The notes: generated by a model from the sequence alone, not told the origin. DNA of 64,000 nt from Microthrixaceae bacterium (GCA_947446975.1 CANFHM010000007.1:7459-71458); one strand, 5' to 3'. Shown: positions 11,714-22,620, counted from the first letter of the stretch. Translations and numbers: made by a program.

Positions 11714-13378
11714 TCAGCCGCCGGTGATGGAGCTGGCGGGGGCGCCTGTGGCCTCCACCTTGACCAGCGCCGGCGTGGCATCCCGGGCGGGGTTGACGAG
11801 CAGATCGGGGACCAGGCCGAACAGGACGGTGACACCGACGCACACCGCCAGTGCGAGTCCGGCGCTGAAGGGCACCCGGATCCGATCGGCAGCGGCGGGC
11901 AGCGGTGCATCGGCACCGTCGTCGCCACCGGTCATGAACATGGCCACGATGAGACGCAGATACAGGAACGCCGAGATGACCGCCGAGACCATGGCGATGA
12001 TGGCCAGCGGCGTGCTGTGTGAGTTGACCGCAGCGGTGATGGCGTAGAACTTGGCGAAGAAGCCTGCCGTGAACGGCACACCGGCCTGTGCGAGCAACAG
12101 CAGTGTGAACGCCGCGGCGAGCACCGGGTTGCTCCGGGACAGGCCCTTGTAATCGGCGAGGGAATGATGCCCGTCGCCCCGCCGGCCCACGATGGTGGCC
12201 ACGCCGAAGGAACCGGCGACCATGAACGTGTAGACCGCCACGTAGAACGCGATGGCCGCGGTTCCCTGTGAGGAGCTGGCCTGGAGCGCCATGAGCATGA
12301 AGCCCGCATGGCTGATCGAGGAGTAGGCCAGCATGCGCTTGACGTTGCTCTGCACGATGGCGAGCGCCGCACCGACGACCATCGAGAGGATGGCCAGCAC
12401 GTACACGATCGGGCGCCAGGTGGAGCCGTAGTTCGAGAACGTGAGCACGAAGATCCGCACGAGGCCGGCGAACGCCGCCGCCTTCACACCCGAGGCCATC
12501 CAGGCCACGGCCGGGGTCGGGGCGCCGTCGTAGACATCGGGGCTCCACGCATGGAACGGGACGGCAGCGACCTTGAACGCCAGGCCGATGAGGATGAGGG
12601 CGAGGCCGAGCAGCAGGAAGCCGTTGTGCAGCGGCACCACGACCGACATGAAGTCCTTGATCTGCAGGAGGTTCACCGATCCGGTGGCGCCGTAGATCAT
12701 GGCGATGCCGTAGAGCAGGAACGCCGAGGAGAACGCGCCGAGCACGAAGTACTTGATGCCCGACTCCTGCGACTGGACCCGGCGCAGATGCATGCCGGCG
12801 AGCACGTAGACGGCGATGGAGAGGGTCTCGATGCCGATGAACATCACGATCAGATCGTTGGCCATCGCCATCATCACGCCACCGGACGCCGAGATGAGCA
12901 TGAGGACGTAGAACTCGGGTCCCTCCATGTCCTCACGGCGCAGGTAGGCGTTGGCCAGGAGCGCCGCCATCGCCACGGCACTGCACAGTGCGATGGTGAT
13001 GAAGAGGCTGAAGCCGTCGATGCCGACCGATCCGCCCACGGTGCTGAACGCGCCGTGCTGCGAGTGCGAGGTCGACCACCACAGCAGGGAGTCCCAGTTC
13101 TGCACCCTGGCCCACACGGGCAGGGCGCTGAGTGCTGCGGCGACGGCGATGACGACCGTGACCGTTGCGAAGAGGCCCTTCGGTGCTCGTCCCCGCAGGA
13201 ACGAGGAGAAGGTGAGCATGAGCAGGCCGCCCACCAGCAGGATCAGCAGCGGCAGCAGTGCCGGCCAGTCGACCGAGGGACCGGCCAGATGGATGACGGG
13301 CGTGCTCTCCGACGCACCCATGGGGTTCGACGTGATCAGTGGCTGGGCCTGACCGAGGATGGAAGCGACGATGCTCAT
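11714..13378 (-). CDS. nuoN: NADH-quinone oxidoreductase subunit N (14-subunit operon)
   Basis: FKVAAVPFHAWSPDVYDGAP, KRMLAYSS. Confidence 0.95.
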   Translation of the reverse strand: MSIVASILGQAQPLITSNPMGASESTPVIHLAGPSVDWPALLPLLILLVGGLLMLTFSSFLRGRAPKGLFATVTVVIAVAAALSALPVWARVQNWDSLLWWSTSHSQHGAFSTVGGSVGIDGFSLFITIALCSAVAMAALLANAYLRREDMEGPEFYVLMLISASGGVMMAMANDLIVMFIGIETLSIAVYVLAGMHLRRVQSQESGIKYFVLGAFSSAFLLYGIAMIYGATGSVNLLQIKDFMSVVVPLHNGFLLLGLALILIGLAFKVAAVPFHAWSPDVYDGAPTPAVAWMASGVKAAAFAGLVRIFVLTFSNYGSTWRPIVYVLAILSMVVGAALAIVQSNVKRMLAYSSISHAGFMLMALQASSSQGTAAIAFYVAVYTFMVAGSFGVATIVGRRGDGHHSLADYKGLSRSNPVLAAAFTLLLLAQAGVPFTAGFFAKFYAITAAVNSHSTPLAIIAMVSAVISAFLYLRLIVAMFMTGGDDGADAPLPAAADRIRVPFSAGLALAVCVGVTVLFGLVPDLLVNPARDATPALVKVEATGAPASSITGG

Positions 13379-15039
13379 CGGATCACTCCCACACCGATCG
13401 GGGCGAGCGCATGCTCACCGTTGGAGGAGCCCGATTCCGAGGCGCCGCCCTGATGCTCGTGCAGCAGCGCATCGATGGGTCCGAGCTGACTCCCTCCCTG
13501 GGTGACCGGCTCGTGGAACCCGTCGACCTGGGCCTCCATGCGGGTGATGACCCGCTTCACCGAGGGCTGGATCCGATCCAGCATCGGCTTGGGATAGACG
13601 CCGAGGAACACGATCAGGACCAGCAGGGGCACCATGACGAGGCGTTCCGAGATACGCAGATCGGGGAAGCTGGCGTTGGCCTCATCCGGCTCGCCCTGGA
13701 ACACGCGCTGGTAGGCCCAGAGCAGATAGAGCGCAGCGATGATGACGCCGGCGGCGGCCACCACGGCCCACCAACGATGCGCCACGAACGTTCCGATGAG
13801 CACGAGGAACTCGCCGACGAATCCGTTGAGGCCGGGCAGACCGATCGAGGAGAGCATCACGATGGTGAAGATGCCGGCGAACACCGGAGCCACCTTGGCG
13901 ATGCCCTTGAGCTGCGAGATCTCATAGGTGTGCCGGCGGCTGTAGAGGAAGCCCAGCAGGATGAACAGTGCGCCGGTCGAGATGCCGTGGTTGACCATCT
14001 GGAGCACCGAGCCCTGCACACCCTCCATGTTGAGGGCGAACAGACCCATGATCGCGAAACCCATGTGAGCGACCGATGAGTACGCCACCAGACGCTTGAG
14101 GTTGCGCTGCATGGCCGCCACGATGCCGCCGTAGATGATCCCGATGGCACCGATCGTGAGCATGACCGGAGCGAACCACACGGTGGCTTCGGGGAACAGT
14201 TCCAGACCGAAGCGCAGGAAGCCGTAGGTGCCGAGCTTCAGGAGGATGCCGGCGAGGTCGATCGAGCCGGCGGTCGGGGCCTCGGTGTGGGCATCAGGGA
14301 GCCAGGTGTGGAACGGGAAGGCCGGGACCTTGACGGCGAAGGCAATGGCCATGCCGAGGAACAGCCAGCGACCGGTTCCGGTGGCGAGGTTGTTGCTGGC
14401 GATGATCTTGGTGAAATCGAAGGTGATGGCACCGTTGTCGCCCGCCTTGGCCAGCACCGCCAGCGACACGATGCTGACCAGCATGAAAGCCGAACCGAGC
14501 ATCGTGTACAGGAAGAACTTCGTGGCGGCGTAGACCCGACGACCGTGACCCCACTTGCCGATGAGCATGTAGAGGGGCACCAGCGTGATCTCGAACATCA
14601 GGAAGAACAGGAAGAGATCCAGCGACAGGAACGCACCCATGCAGCCGCCCATGAGCAGGGTGAGCCAGGCGTAGTACCCCTTCGGGTCGTTGTCGGGCTT
14701 CGCTGCGAACAGGGCGATCGGGAAGAGGATCCCGGTGAGCACCACCAGGAACAGCGAGATGCCGTCGACACCGAGGAAGAACTTGATGTCGAGCGAGGAC
14801 ACCCAGGTCTGCGAGACGGTGAACTGGAAGTGCTCGTCCGAGGTCTTGAACTGGCAGAGCATCACGATGCTGAGCACGCCGGTGGCGAGGGCGAACAGGA
14901 TGGCGACCTGACGCGAGATCTCGGGGCGCGAGCGCGGGATGAGGGCGAGCACCGCTGCCCCCACCATGGGCAGGAACACGAGTGCGGGGAGGATGGGGAA
15001 GCCGGCCACGGCTTCGTTGGCGAGGATCAACTGGCTCAT
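13375..15039 (-). CDS. nuoM: NADH-quinone oxidoreductase subunit M (14-subunit operon)
   Basis: KVPAFPFHTWLPDAHTEAP, SSVAHMG. Confidence 0.95.
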   Translation of the reverse strand: MSQLILANEAVAGFPILPALVFLPMVGAAVLALIPRSRPEISRQVAILFALATGVLSIVMLCQFKTSDEHFQFTVSQTWVSSLDIKFFLGVDGISLFLVVLTGILFPIALFAAKPDNDPKGYYAWLTLLMGGCMGAFLSLDLFLFFLMFEITLVPLYMLIGKWGHGRRVYAATKFFLYTMLGSAFMLVSIVSLAVLAKAGDNGAITFDFTKIIASNNLATGTGRWLFLGMAIAFAVKVPAFPFHTWLPDAHTEAPTAGSIDLAGILLKLGTYGFLRFGLELFPEATVWFAPVMLTIGAIGIIYGGIVAAMQRNLKRLVAYSSVAHMGFAIMGLFALNMEGVQGSVLQMVNHGISTGALFILLGFLYSRRHTYEISQLKGIAKVAPVFAGIFTIVMLSSIGLPGLNGFVGEFLVLIGTFVAHRWWAVVAAAGVIIAALYLLWAYQRVFQGEPDEANASFPDLRISERLVMVPLLVLIVFLGVYPKPMLDRIQPSVKRVITRMEAQVDGFHEPVTQGGSQLGPIDALLHEHQGGASESGSSNGEHALAPIGVGVIR

Positions 15040-17033
15040 GAGAACGACACCTGCGAGAGCACGAAGGCCACGACGACCACTGCCCCCACCCCGATCATGA
15101 GCGCGTACCAGCGGACGTATCCGCTCTGCACGGTGCGCAGACGCATCGCTCCCCCGCGGGTGGCACGAGCCACACCGTTGACTGCTCCATCGATGACCAC
15201 CTTGTCGAACATGGCGATGAGTTCGAAGCCCTTGCGTCCGAGACCGCCCATGAAGTTGGTGATCGTGGAGTCGATGTACCAGCCGTTGGCGAACAGCGGC
15301 AGTTCGATCCGACGGGCATCGACCTTGTGCTTCAGGTACACGCCGTAGGCGATGGCGATGCCGAGCAGTGCGATCACTGACGAGGTGACGAGCTCGATCG
15401 CCAGCTGGCTGCCCGAGAGATGCAGCTGGGTCTGGGTGGCCCCGACCACCGGCTCGAGCCAGCGGTTGAGGAACTCGAGCTTCTCGGTGAAGGGGAGGTT
15501 GAGCGCCCCGGCGATGGCCGCGAAGAACGCCAGCACGATGAGCGGGATGGTCATGGTGCGGGGCGACTCATGCGGATGGACACCATGGCCGGCATGGGCC
15601 CCGTGTCCGGCATGGGCGTCATCATGCGAGTCGGCGTCTGCAGCGGTGTCGCCGTCGACGGTGGAGGTCTCGTGGGCGATCTTGTTGGCCAGTTCGGCCT
15701 CATGGGATTCGCCCCAGTTGGCCTTGCCGAAGAACACCATGAACACCTGACGGCTCATGTAGAAGGCCGTCAGCAGTGCAGTGATGAGACCGATCACGTA
15801 GAGCACCACGCTCTTGTGCAGGGCGTAGGCGAGGATGTCGTCCTTCGACCAGAAACCGGAGAACGGCGGCACACCCGCGATGGCCAACCACCCGATGATG
15901 AAGGTGATGGCCGTGATGGGCATGACCTTTCGCAGCGCACCCATCCGGCGCATGTCCTGCTCGTCGTCCATGCCATGGATGACGGAGCCGGAACCGAGGA
16001 ACATGCAGGCCTTGAAGAAGGCGTGGGTGATCATGTGGAAGATGGCGGCGCTGTAGCCACCGACACCGACGGCGAGGAACATGTATCCCAGCTGGCTGAC
16101 CGTGGAGTAGGCCAGCACCTTCTTGATGTCGGTCTGGGCGATGGCGATGGTGGCGGCGAGGAACGCCGTGGCGACCCCGATACCGGCGATGACCCAGGGC
16201 AACCAGGATGCCGACGCCGCGATGATCGGGTTGACGCGCACCATGAGGTACACGCCGGCGGTGACCATCGTGGCGGCGTGGATGAGCGCCGACACCGGCG
16301 TGGGACCGGCCATGGCGTCGGGCAGCCAGATGAACAGCGGGATCTGAGCGGACTTGCCCATGGCGCCGATGAAGAGCATCAGCACGATGAAGGTGGCGGT
16401 GGTCTGGGCCAGGCCCGACGCCTTCGGGAGGAACTCCACGTACTTCACGGTGCCGAAGGCGAAGAAGGTGGCGAAGGTGCCGACCATGAATCCCCAGTCG
16501 CCGACGCGGTTGGTGATGAAGGCCTTCTTGCCGGCGCTGGCGTTGGCGTCCTTCTCGAACCAGAACGAGATGAGGAAGTACGAGCAGGCGCCCACACCCT
16601 CCCAGCCGAGGAACGTGAGCACGAGGTTGTCGCCCATGACGAGCATGAGCATCGAGAACACGAACAGGTTGAGATAGGTGAAGAAACGCGGGAAGCGGCT
16701 GTCGCCATGCATGTACCCGATCGAGTACAGGTGGATCAGCGCGGCGATGCCGGTGATGAACAGGATCATCGCCATGGAGAGCGGATCGAGCAGGAAGCCG
16801 ATGTCGACCGAGAACTTCCCGGCGGGCATCCACTCGAACAGCTTCAGCGAATAGGTGTGCTCCGGTTCGTTCCAGAGTCCGGCGAACACCACCAGCGCGG
16901 TGACGAACGAACCGGCGACGGTGGCCGTGCCGATCCATCCGGCAAAAGGTTCACCGATGCGCTTGCCCAGCAGCAGCAGGAGGAGGAACCCGGCGAGCGG
17001 GAGCGCGGGAATGAGCCACAGAAGGCTGACCAT
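15036..17033 (-). CDS. nuoL: NADH-quinone oxidoreductase subunit L (14-subunit operon)
   Basis: KSAQIPLFIWLPDAMAGPTPVSALIHAATMV. Confidence 0.95.
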   Translation of the reverse strand: MVSLLWLIPALPLAGFLLLLLLGKRIGEPFAGWIGTATVAGSFVTALVVFAGLWNEPEHTYSLKLFEWMPAGKFSVDIGFLLDPLSMAMILFITGIAALIHLYSIGYMHGDSRFPRFFTYLNLFVFSMLMLVMGDNLVLTFLGWEGVGACSYFLISFWFEKDANASAGKKAFITNRVGDWGFMVGTFATFFAFGTVKYVEFLPKASGLAQTTATFIVLMLFIGAMGKSAQIPLFIWLPDAMAGPTPVSALIHAATMVTAGVYLMVRVNPIIAASASWLPWVIAGIGVATAFLAATIAIAQTDIKKVLAYSTVSQLGYMFLAVGVGGYSAAIFHMITHAFFKACMFLGSGSVIHGMDDEQDMRRMGALRKVMPITAITFIIGWLAIAGVPPFSGFWSKDDILAYALHKSVVLYVIGLITALLTAFYMSRQVFMVFFGKANWGESHEAELANKIAHETSTVDGDTAADADSHDDAHAGHGAHAGHGVHPHESPRTMTIPLIVLAFFAAIAGALNLPFTEKLEFLNRWLEPVVGATQTQLHLSGSQLAIELVTSSVIALLGIAIAYGVYLKHKVDARRIELPLFANGWYIDSTITNFMGGLGRKGFELIAMFDKVVIDGAVNGVARATRGGAMRLRTVQSGYVRWYALMIGVGAVVVVAFVLSQVSFS

Positions 17034-17038
17034 GATCG

Positions 17039-17347
17039 CTACCCCCTCAGCAGTCGCAGGTCGTCGGCGTTGGCTTCGGGACGGCGGCGGGCCATGGCCA
17101 CGATCAGCGCGAGGCCGATCACGACCTCAGCGGCTGCGACCACCATCACGAAGAAGACGATCACCTGTCCGGAGATGTCGTCGAGCATCTTCCCGAAGGT
17201 GACGAAGGTGAGGTTCACGGCGTTGAGCATCAGCTCCACGCACATGATCATCACGAGCGGGTTGCGACGCACCAGCAGACCCACGCCACCGATGGCGAAG
17301 AGGATCGCCGAGAGCGCGAGGTAGGCGAGCGGGAGGTTCGGGCTCAT
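17039..17347 (-). CDS. nuoK: NADH-quinone oxidoreductase subunit K (14-subunit operon)
   Basis: [19 protein letters not shown]. Confidence 0.95.
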   Translation of the reverse strand: MSPNLPLAYLALSAILFAIGGVGLLVRRNPLVMIMCVELMLNAVNLTFVTFGKMLDDISGQVIVFFVMVVAAAEVVIGLALIVAMARRRPEANADDLRLLRG

Positions 17348-17949
17348 CAGTGCGCCGCCTCCTCGGGGATGGTGGTCAGCGGATCATCGCCGAGCTCGGT
17401 CATGGATTCAGGCTCCGGGATCGGTTGGAGGTCCTTCGGACGTCGGGAGAGGACCACTGCCCCGACCACGGCGATCGTGAGGAGGCCGGCGGTGAGCTCC
17501 AGCGGGAAGACATAGGTGGTGAAGAGCTGACGGCCGATCTGCACGATGTTGGCGATCGAGGGCGAGATCGCCTCCGTGGCGGAATGGGCACCCGTGACTG
17601 CGGCATCCTTGCCGAGGATGATGACGGCCAGGACCGCACCGGCGAGGAGCAGTCCGACCAGCACGGCGAGGATCCGCTGGCCGACGATCGGTTCGGCGTC
17701 GAGATCCTCGTCCTCATCGACCCCGAGGAGCATGAGGACGAACAGGATCAGGACCACGATGGCCCCGGTGTAGACGATGACCTGCACCACGGCGAGCAGC
17801 TGGGCACCGAGGTTGAGGAACAGCACGGCGATGCCGAACAGGGTGGCCACGAGGCTGAGGGCGGCATGGACCGGATTGCGGGACATCACCACCCCGATGG
17901 CACCGGCGAGCACGATCAACGCGCACACGATGAACACTGCGGTCTCCAT
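17347..17949 (-). CDS. nuoJ: NADH-quinone oxidoreductase subunit J (14-subunit operon)
   Basis: [16 protein letters not shown]. Confidence 0.94.
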   Translation of the reverse strand: METAVFIVCALIVLAGAIGVVMSRNPVHAALSLVATLFGIAVLFLNLGAQLLAVVQVIVYTGAIVVLILFVLMLLGVDEDEDLDAEPIVGQRILAVLVGLLLAGAVLAVIILGKDAAVTGAHSATEAISPSIANIVQIGRQLFTTYVFPLELTAGLLTIAVVGAVVLSRRPKDLQPIPEPESMTELGDDPLTTIPEEAAH

Positions 17950-17951
17950 GA

Positions 17952-18662
17952 TCAGTGACCCCCGTGTCCGTGATCGTCGTGATCGTGATCACCGTGGTCG
18001 TGACCGTGATCGTCATGGCCGTGATCGTCATGGCCGTGATCATCGTGGCCGTGGGTGGCGGTGATGGCGTCCTTGAGTTCCTGACCGGCCTCGGGGGCAC
18101 GGATGCCGTAGCCGAGTTCGCCGGACCAGCCGATGATGCCCTCGAACTCCGCTGCACCGGATGGTGCCGTGGCGCGCATCCAGGCCGAGGTGTTGAGATC
18201 CTCGCCCGGACGCCAGTCCTCCCAGGGGAGGTGCTTGGGCATGCCGGCATCGTCGACCACGAGTTCCGACTTCGTGTAGATGGCGTCGGCCCGGCTCGTG
18301 AACGAGAACTCGAACATCTTCGACTCCGTGATGGCCTCGGTCGGGCAGGCCTCGACACAGAGATCGCAGTGGATGCAGCGCAGATAGTTGATCTCGTAGA
18401 TGAAGCCGAAGCGCTCACCCGGCGAGACCGGGTTCTCGGGATCGTTCTCCGCTCCGCGCACATAGATGCACCGGGCGGGACAGACACCGGCGCACAGTTC
18501 GCAGCCGATGCACTTCTCCATGCCGTCCTCGTAGCGGTTGAGGACGTGGCGACCATGGACCCGGAGGGCCTTCGGGGCCTTCTCCTCCGGATACTGGGTC
18601 GTGACCCGCTGCTTGCGTCCGATCTGACGCAGGCTGACGAGGAAACCTCCGAGGTAACCCAT
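17952..18662 (-). CDS. nuoI: NADH-quinone oxidoreductase subunit I (14-subunit operon), His/Asp-rich tail
   Basis: CIGCELCAGVCP and CIHCDLCVEACP. Confidence 0.95.
   Translation of the reverse strand: MGYLGGFLVSLRQIGRKQRVTTQYPEEKAPKALRVHGRHVLNRYEDGMEKCIGCELCAGVCPARCIYVRGAENDPENPVSPGERFGFIYEINYLRCIHCDLCVEACPTEAITESKMFEFSFTSRADAIYTKSELVVDDAGMPKHLPWEDWRPGEDLNTSAWMRATAPSGAAEFEGIIGWSGELGYGIRAPEAGQELKDAITATHGHDDHGHDDHGHDDHGHDHGDHDHDDHGHGGH
17955..18053 (-). repeat. Coding tandem repeat (15-bp unit, HGHDD)
   Basis: ccgtgatcgtcatgg-type units on the + strand encode HGHDDHGHDDHGHDDHGHDHGDHDHDDHGHGGH. Confidence 0.85.
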
Positions 18663-19903
18663 TACTCGACCACTCCCTGCAGACGCTTGGCCCTCGAGGT
18701 CGCGATGGCGAACCGCAGCAGGCCGTAGCCGGTGAGGCCGATGGCGCCACCGATCACGATGGTGATGAGACCGTTCCAGTGCTGGTCACGGGCCACGTAG
18801 TAGGTGGCGAGGAGCAGGAACCACCCGAGTGACATCGGGATGAGCACCTTCCAGCCGAGATCCATGAGTTGGTCATAGCGGACCCGCGGCACGCTGCTGC
18901 GGATCCAGACGAACAGGAACAGGAAGGCCAGCACCTTGAGGAGGAACCAGATCACGCCCCACAGCCAACCCGGGCCGATGAGCGCGGGCCCGGCGGGTCC
19001 GCCGAGGAACAGGGTGACGATGATGGCGGCCATGGTGACGGAGTTCATGAACTCGGCCACGAAGAACAGAGCGAAGCGGATGGAGCTGTACTCGGTGTGG
19101 TAGCCGCCGACGAGTTCCTGCTCGGCCTCGACGAGATCGAACGGCGGGCGGTTGAGCTCGGCCTGGCTGGCCAGCAGGAACACCACGAACGGCAGCACAC
19201 CGGCAGCGACGAGGTTCCAGTGCGGGATGAACCCTGCCCAGCCGGCACCGGCCTGGGCCATCACGATGCCGTGGGTGCTGAGCGTGCCCGACACGAGCAC
19301 CACCGAGCACACGGACAGGCCGAGGGCGGCTTCATAGGAGACCATCTGGGCCGAGGCGCGCACCGAGCTGAGCAGCGGGTACTTCGAACCGGAGGACCAA
19401 CCGGCGAGCATCACGCCGTACACGGCGATCGAGGACAGCGCCAGCGCGAACAGGATGCCGATGGCGGGATCGGCGAGCTGGAGATAGGTGGTGTGGCCGA
19501 AGAGCTCGACCGAGCCGTCGTGACCGTTCGAGAAGTCGCCGCCGAAGGGGACGATGGTGAACAGGAGGAAGGCCGGCACCACGGTGAGGAACGGGGCGAG
19601 GATGAAGACGCGCATCTGGGCCCGGGCCGGCTTGAGGTCCTCCTTGAAGAAGAACTTGATGCCGTCGGCGAGGGTCTGCAGGATGCCGAATGGACCTGCG
19701 GTGTTGGGGCCGACCCGGTTCTGGAGGTCGCTGACCACCTTTCGCTCGAACCAGATCATCAGCATCGTGGCCACGAGCATCAGGGCGAAGATCACCACGA
19801 CCTTGAGGATCACGATCAGCACGATCGCCAGATCGATATGACCGGCGAGGAGCGGATCACCGCTCACCGTGGCGGCACCGAGGGAGGTCACGGCGGCGAT
19901 CAT
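18662..19903 (-). CDS. nuoH: NADH-quinone oxidoreductase subunit H (14-subunit operon)
   Basis: ERK..QNRVGP, ADGIKFFFKE, NRPPFDLVEAE. Confidence 0.95.
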   Translation of the reverse strand: MIAAVTSLGAATVSGDPLLAGHIDLAIVLIVILKVVVIFALMLVATMLMIWFERKVVSDLQNRVGPNTAGPFGILQTLADGIKFFFKEDLKPARAQMRVFILAPFLTVVPAFLLFTIVPFGGDFSNGHDGSVELFGHTTYLQLADPAIGILFALALSSIAVYGVMLAGWSSGSKYPLLSSVRASAQMVSYEAALGLSVCSVVLVSGTLSTHGIVMAQAGAGWAGFIPHWNLVAAGVLPFVVFLLASQAELNRPPFDLVEAEQELVGGYHTEYSSIRFALFFVAEFMNSVTMAAIIVTLFLGGPAGPALIGPGWLWGVIWFLLKVLAFLFLFVWIRSSVPRVRYDQLMDLGWKVLIPMSLGWFLLLATYYVARDQHWNGLITIVIGGAIGLTGYGLLRFAIATSRAKRLQGVVE

Positions 19904-22620
19904 TTCGTGGTCTCGATCCGCAGTTCGGTCACGAGCTCGGTGATGTTCATGAGGGTGCTCACCTGATGGTCGGACTGGTTCAGCACGACTGCGGCAGTGC
20001 CCCGGGGGACACCGGCATCGGCGTGGATCGGCATCATCATCGTGGTGCGCGGCGAGCGCACCGAGACGATGTCGCCGGCCGCGACGCCGAGACGATCGAA
20101 GTCGTAGGGACTCACGCGCACCGCAGTGCCCGGGGCGAGACCGGCGAGATGGTTGCCGGACTGCACGATGGTGCCCTGGTCGTAGAGCTTGCGCGTGGCC
20201 ACGAGCCGGAACGAGTAGGAGTCCACCGCAGGGGCGGGCACCGGGGCCGCGGCGCTGAAGGCCACGGGCTGCGGCTGTGCTGCGGCGGTCTCGGCCTGAT
20301 CCAGTTCGGCGAGCAGTTCGGGATCGACGGGCTCGGCGTCCGCTCCAGCTCCAGCTCCAGCTCCAGCTTCAGCTTCAGCTTCAGCCACGGCCACGGCCTC
20401 GGCATCTGCGGTTCCGGTCTCGTCCGTCCCGGCCTCTGCCTCTGCGACTGCCTCGACCTCGACATCGACCTCGACATCGAGCTCGTCGACGACCGGGGCC
20501 GGGAGATCACCGGGGACGAGGACACCATCGGGAGCGGCGGCCACGAGCTCGGCGGTGATACCGAGATGGGACGGTGCGATGCTGCCGATCTCGGCGAGGA
20601 CATCGGCCGGTGAGGTGAATCCGAGGTCGGCACCGAGTCGGGAGGCCAGTTCGGTGGCCAGCACCCAGTCGGGACGGGCGGTGCCCGGAGGGGTGACCCG
20701 CTGCGAGAGCGAACTCACCCGACCCTCGAGGTTGGTGGTCGAGCCCGCCTTCTCGGCGAACCCGGCGGCGGCCAGCACGATGTCGGCCTGCAGGCTCGAG
20801 GCGTTGAGGAGCGTGTCGACGCTGATGACGGTGCGGGCGCCGGCGAGACCACGAGCGGCGAGGTCGGCGTCGGGAAGATCAGCGAGCGGATCGGCACCGA
20901 GGAGCACGAGCACGTCGATCTGACCCGCAGCGGCGGCCTCGAGGATCCCGACGGTGTCGAGACCACGAGCGGCCGGCACGGTGGGCCAGCATTCGGCGAA
21001 CCACGGACGAGCGGCGTCGAGGGCGACGCGCCCGGGAAGCATGCCGGGGGCGAGTCCCATGTCGAGGGCGCCGTGGATGTTCGCTCGGCGCAGTGCGGGG
21101 AGGAACACGGTGTCGGGACGGGCCTCGAGCAGCACGGTGGCGGCGTCGAGCGTGACGGCGACGGACTCGCTGAGCGATGCACGACCCAGCAGGACCTTGA
21201 TCGGACCGTTCGCCGCAGCGATCAGCGCCCGCATGGCGTTGATGCGCTCAGCGGTGACACCGGCGACATCGCGATCGGTGTCGGTGGCGGCGGTGAGTGC
21301 ACGGAGGAGATCGCCGGTCTCGCCCGGGCGGGGCTGCAGCGATGCCTTCGAGAGCGAGGTGATCCCCGTGGTGCGTGGCGAGATCTCGAGCAGGGTGACG
21401 CGATCGTTCTCCGCCGCATGACGCAGACGGAGGAAGAGCACCGGGAGCTCCTCCTTCGGATCGGGACCGAGCAGGAGCACGGTGCCGCCCGGGGCGCAGA
21501 GTTCGTCGATGGTGGTGCGGGGCAGACCCAGTGCCGCTTCGGCCGGAAGACCATCGGCGAGCTGGGCGTCGACGTTGTCGGTGCCGAGCACGCCCTTGGC
21601 GAGCTTGGCCCAGGCGTAGGCGTCCTCGTTGGTGAGTCGGGCGCCGCCGATGAAGGCGATCGAAGCGGGAGATGCGGCCGTCAGCGCCGTGGCGGCGGCG
21701 GCCAGCGCCTCGGACCAGCGGGCGGGCGTGAGGCCGGCAGCGGTGCGCAGCAGCGGCTCGCCCAGGCGACCCTCAGCAGCCACGGCCTCGCTCGAGAAGC
21801 GACCCTTGTCGCAGAGCCAGCCCCAGTTCACGGGGTCGATGTCGACACCCGAGTAGCGCTGGACCTGATCCCGGGAGGAGTCGATCGAGATGCGACAGCC
21901 CACCGAACAGCCCTGACAGGTGGACTCGGTGGTGTCGAGATCCCAGGGACGGGCCTTGAACCGATAGGTGCTGGCGGTGAGGGCACCCACGGGACAGATC
22001 TGCACGGTGTTGCCGCTGAAGTACGAGGCGAACGGTTCGTCGGGGAACGTGTTGACCTCGGTGTTGTTGCCCCGATGGATGAAGTGGATCAGCGGATCGC
22101 CGGCGACGTCCTTGGCGAAACGCGTGCAGCGATCGCACAGGATGCAGCGCTCACGATCGAGCAGCACGAGATCGCTGATCGGGATCGGCTTCTCCTTGTG
22201 GCGCTTCTCCTCGACCATGCGGCTCTCACCGGGACCGAACGCCATGGTCTGGTCCTGGAGGGGGCATTCGCCGCCCTTGTCGCAGACCGGGCAGTCGAGC
22301 GGATGGTTCAGCAGCAGGAACTCGAGGACGCCGTCCTGAGCCTTCTTGGTGATCTCGGATTCGGTCTCGACCTTCATGCCGGGCGTGCACTCGATCATGC
22401 AGCTGGGCTGCAGGGCCGGGCCACGACCGGAGTCGACCTCGACGAGGCACATCCGGCACATGCCGACGGGCTTCATGCGCTCGTGGTAGCAGAAGCGCGG
22501 GATGTAGGTGCCGGCGCGCTCGGCGGCGTCGATGAGGAGCTCGCCCTTCCGGGCGACGACCTCATGGCCGTTGATCTCGACGACGACGCCGTCGACCGCG
22601 GGAGCCTCGGACTCAGGCAT
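19900..22620 (-). CDS. nuoG: NADH-quinone oxidoreductase subunit G
   Basis: PRFCYH..CRMC..C, HPLDCPVCDKGGEC, RCILCDRC, N7-type CQGCSVGC..LCDKGRF; C-terminal molybdopterin-family domain. Confidence 0.95.
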   Translation of the reverse strand: MPESEAPAVDGVVVEINGHEVVARKGELLIDAAERAGTYIPRFCYHERMKPVGMCRMCLVEVDSGRGPALQPSCMIECTPGMKVETESEITKKAQDGVLEFLLLNHPLDCPVCDKGGECPLQDQTMAFGPGESRMVEEKRHKEKPIPISDLVLLDRERCILCDRCTRFAKDVAGDPLIHFIHRGNNTEVNTFPDEPFASYFSGNTVQICPVGALTASTYRFKARPWDLDTTESTCQGCSVGCRISIDSSRDQVQRYSGVDIDPVNWGWLCDKGRFSSEAVAAEGRLGEPLLRTAAGLTPARWSEALAAAATALTAASPASIAFIGGARLTNEDAYAWAKLAKGVLGTDNVDAQLADGLPAEAALGLPRTTIDELCAPGGTVLLLGPDPKEELPVLFLRLRHAAENDRVTLLEISPRTTGITSLSKASLQPRPGETGDLLRALTAATDTDRDVAGVTAERINAMRALIAAANGPIKVLLGRASLSESVAVTLDAATVLLEARPDTVFLPALRRANIHGALDMGLAPGMLPGRVALDAARPWFAECWPTVPAARGLDTVGILEAAAAGQIDVLVLLGADPLADLPDADLAARGLAGARTVISVDTLLNASSLQADIVLAAAGFAEKAGSTTNLEGRVSSLSQRVTPPGTARPDWVLATELASRLGADLGFTSPADVLAEIGSIAPSHLGITAELVAAAPDGVLVPGDLPAPVVDELDVEVDVEVEAVAEAEAGTDETGTADAEAVAVAEAEAEAGAGAGAGADAEPVDPELLAELDQAETAAAQPQPVAFSAAAPVPAPAVDSYSFRLVATRKLYDQGTIVQSGNHLAGLAPGTAVRVSPYDFDRLGVAAGDIVSVRSPRTTMMMPIHADAGVPRGTAAVVLNQSDHQVSTLMNITELVTELRIETTK
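20342..20384 (-). repeat. Hexamer microsatellite inside nuoG linker
   Basis: (gctcca)4(gcttca)3 on the + strand, encoding AEAEAEAGAGAGAGA. Confidence 0.8.
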
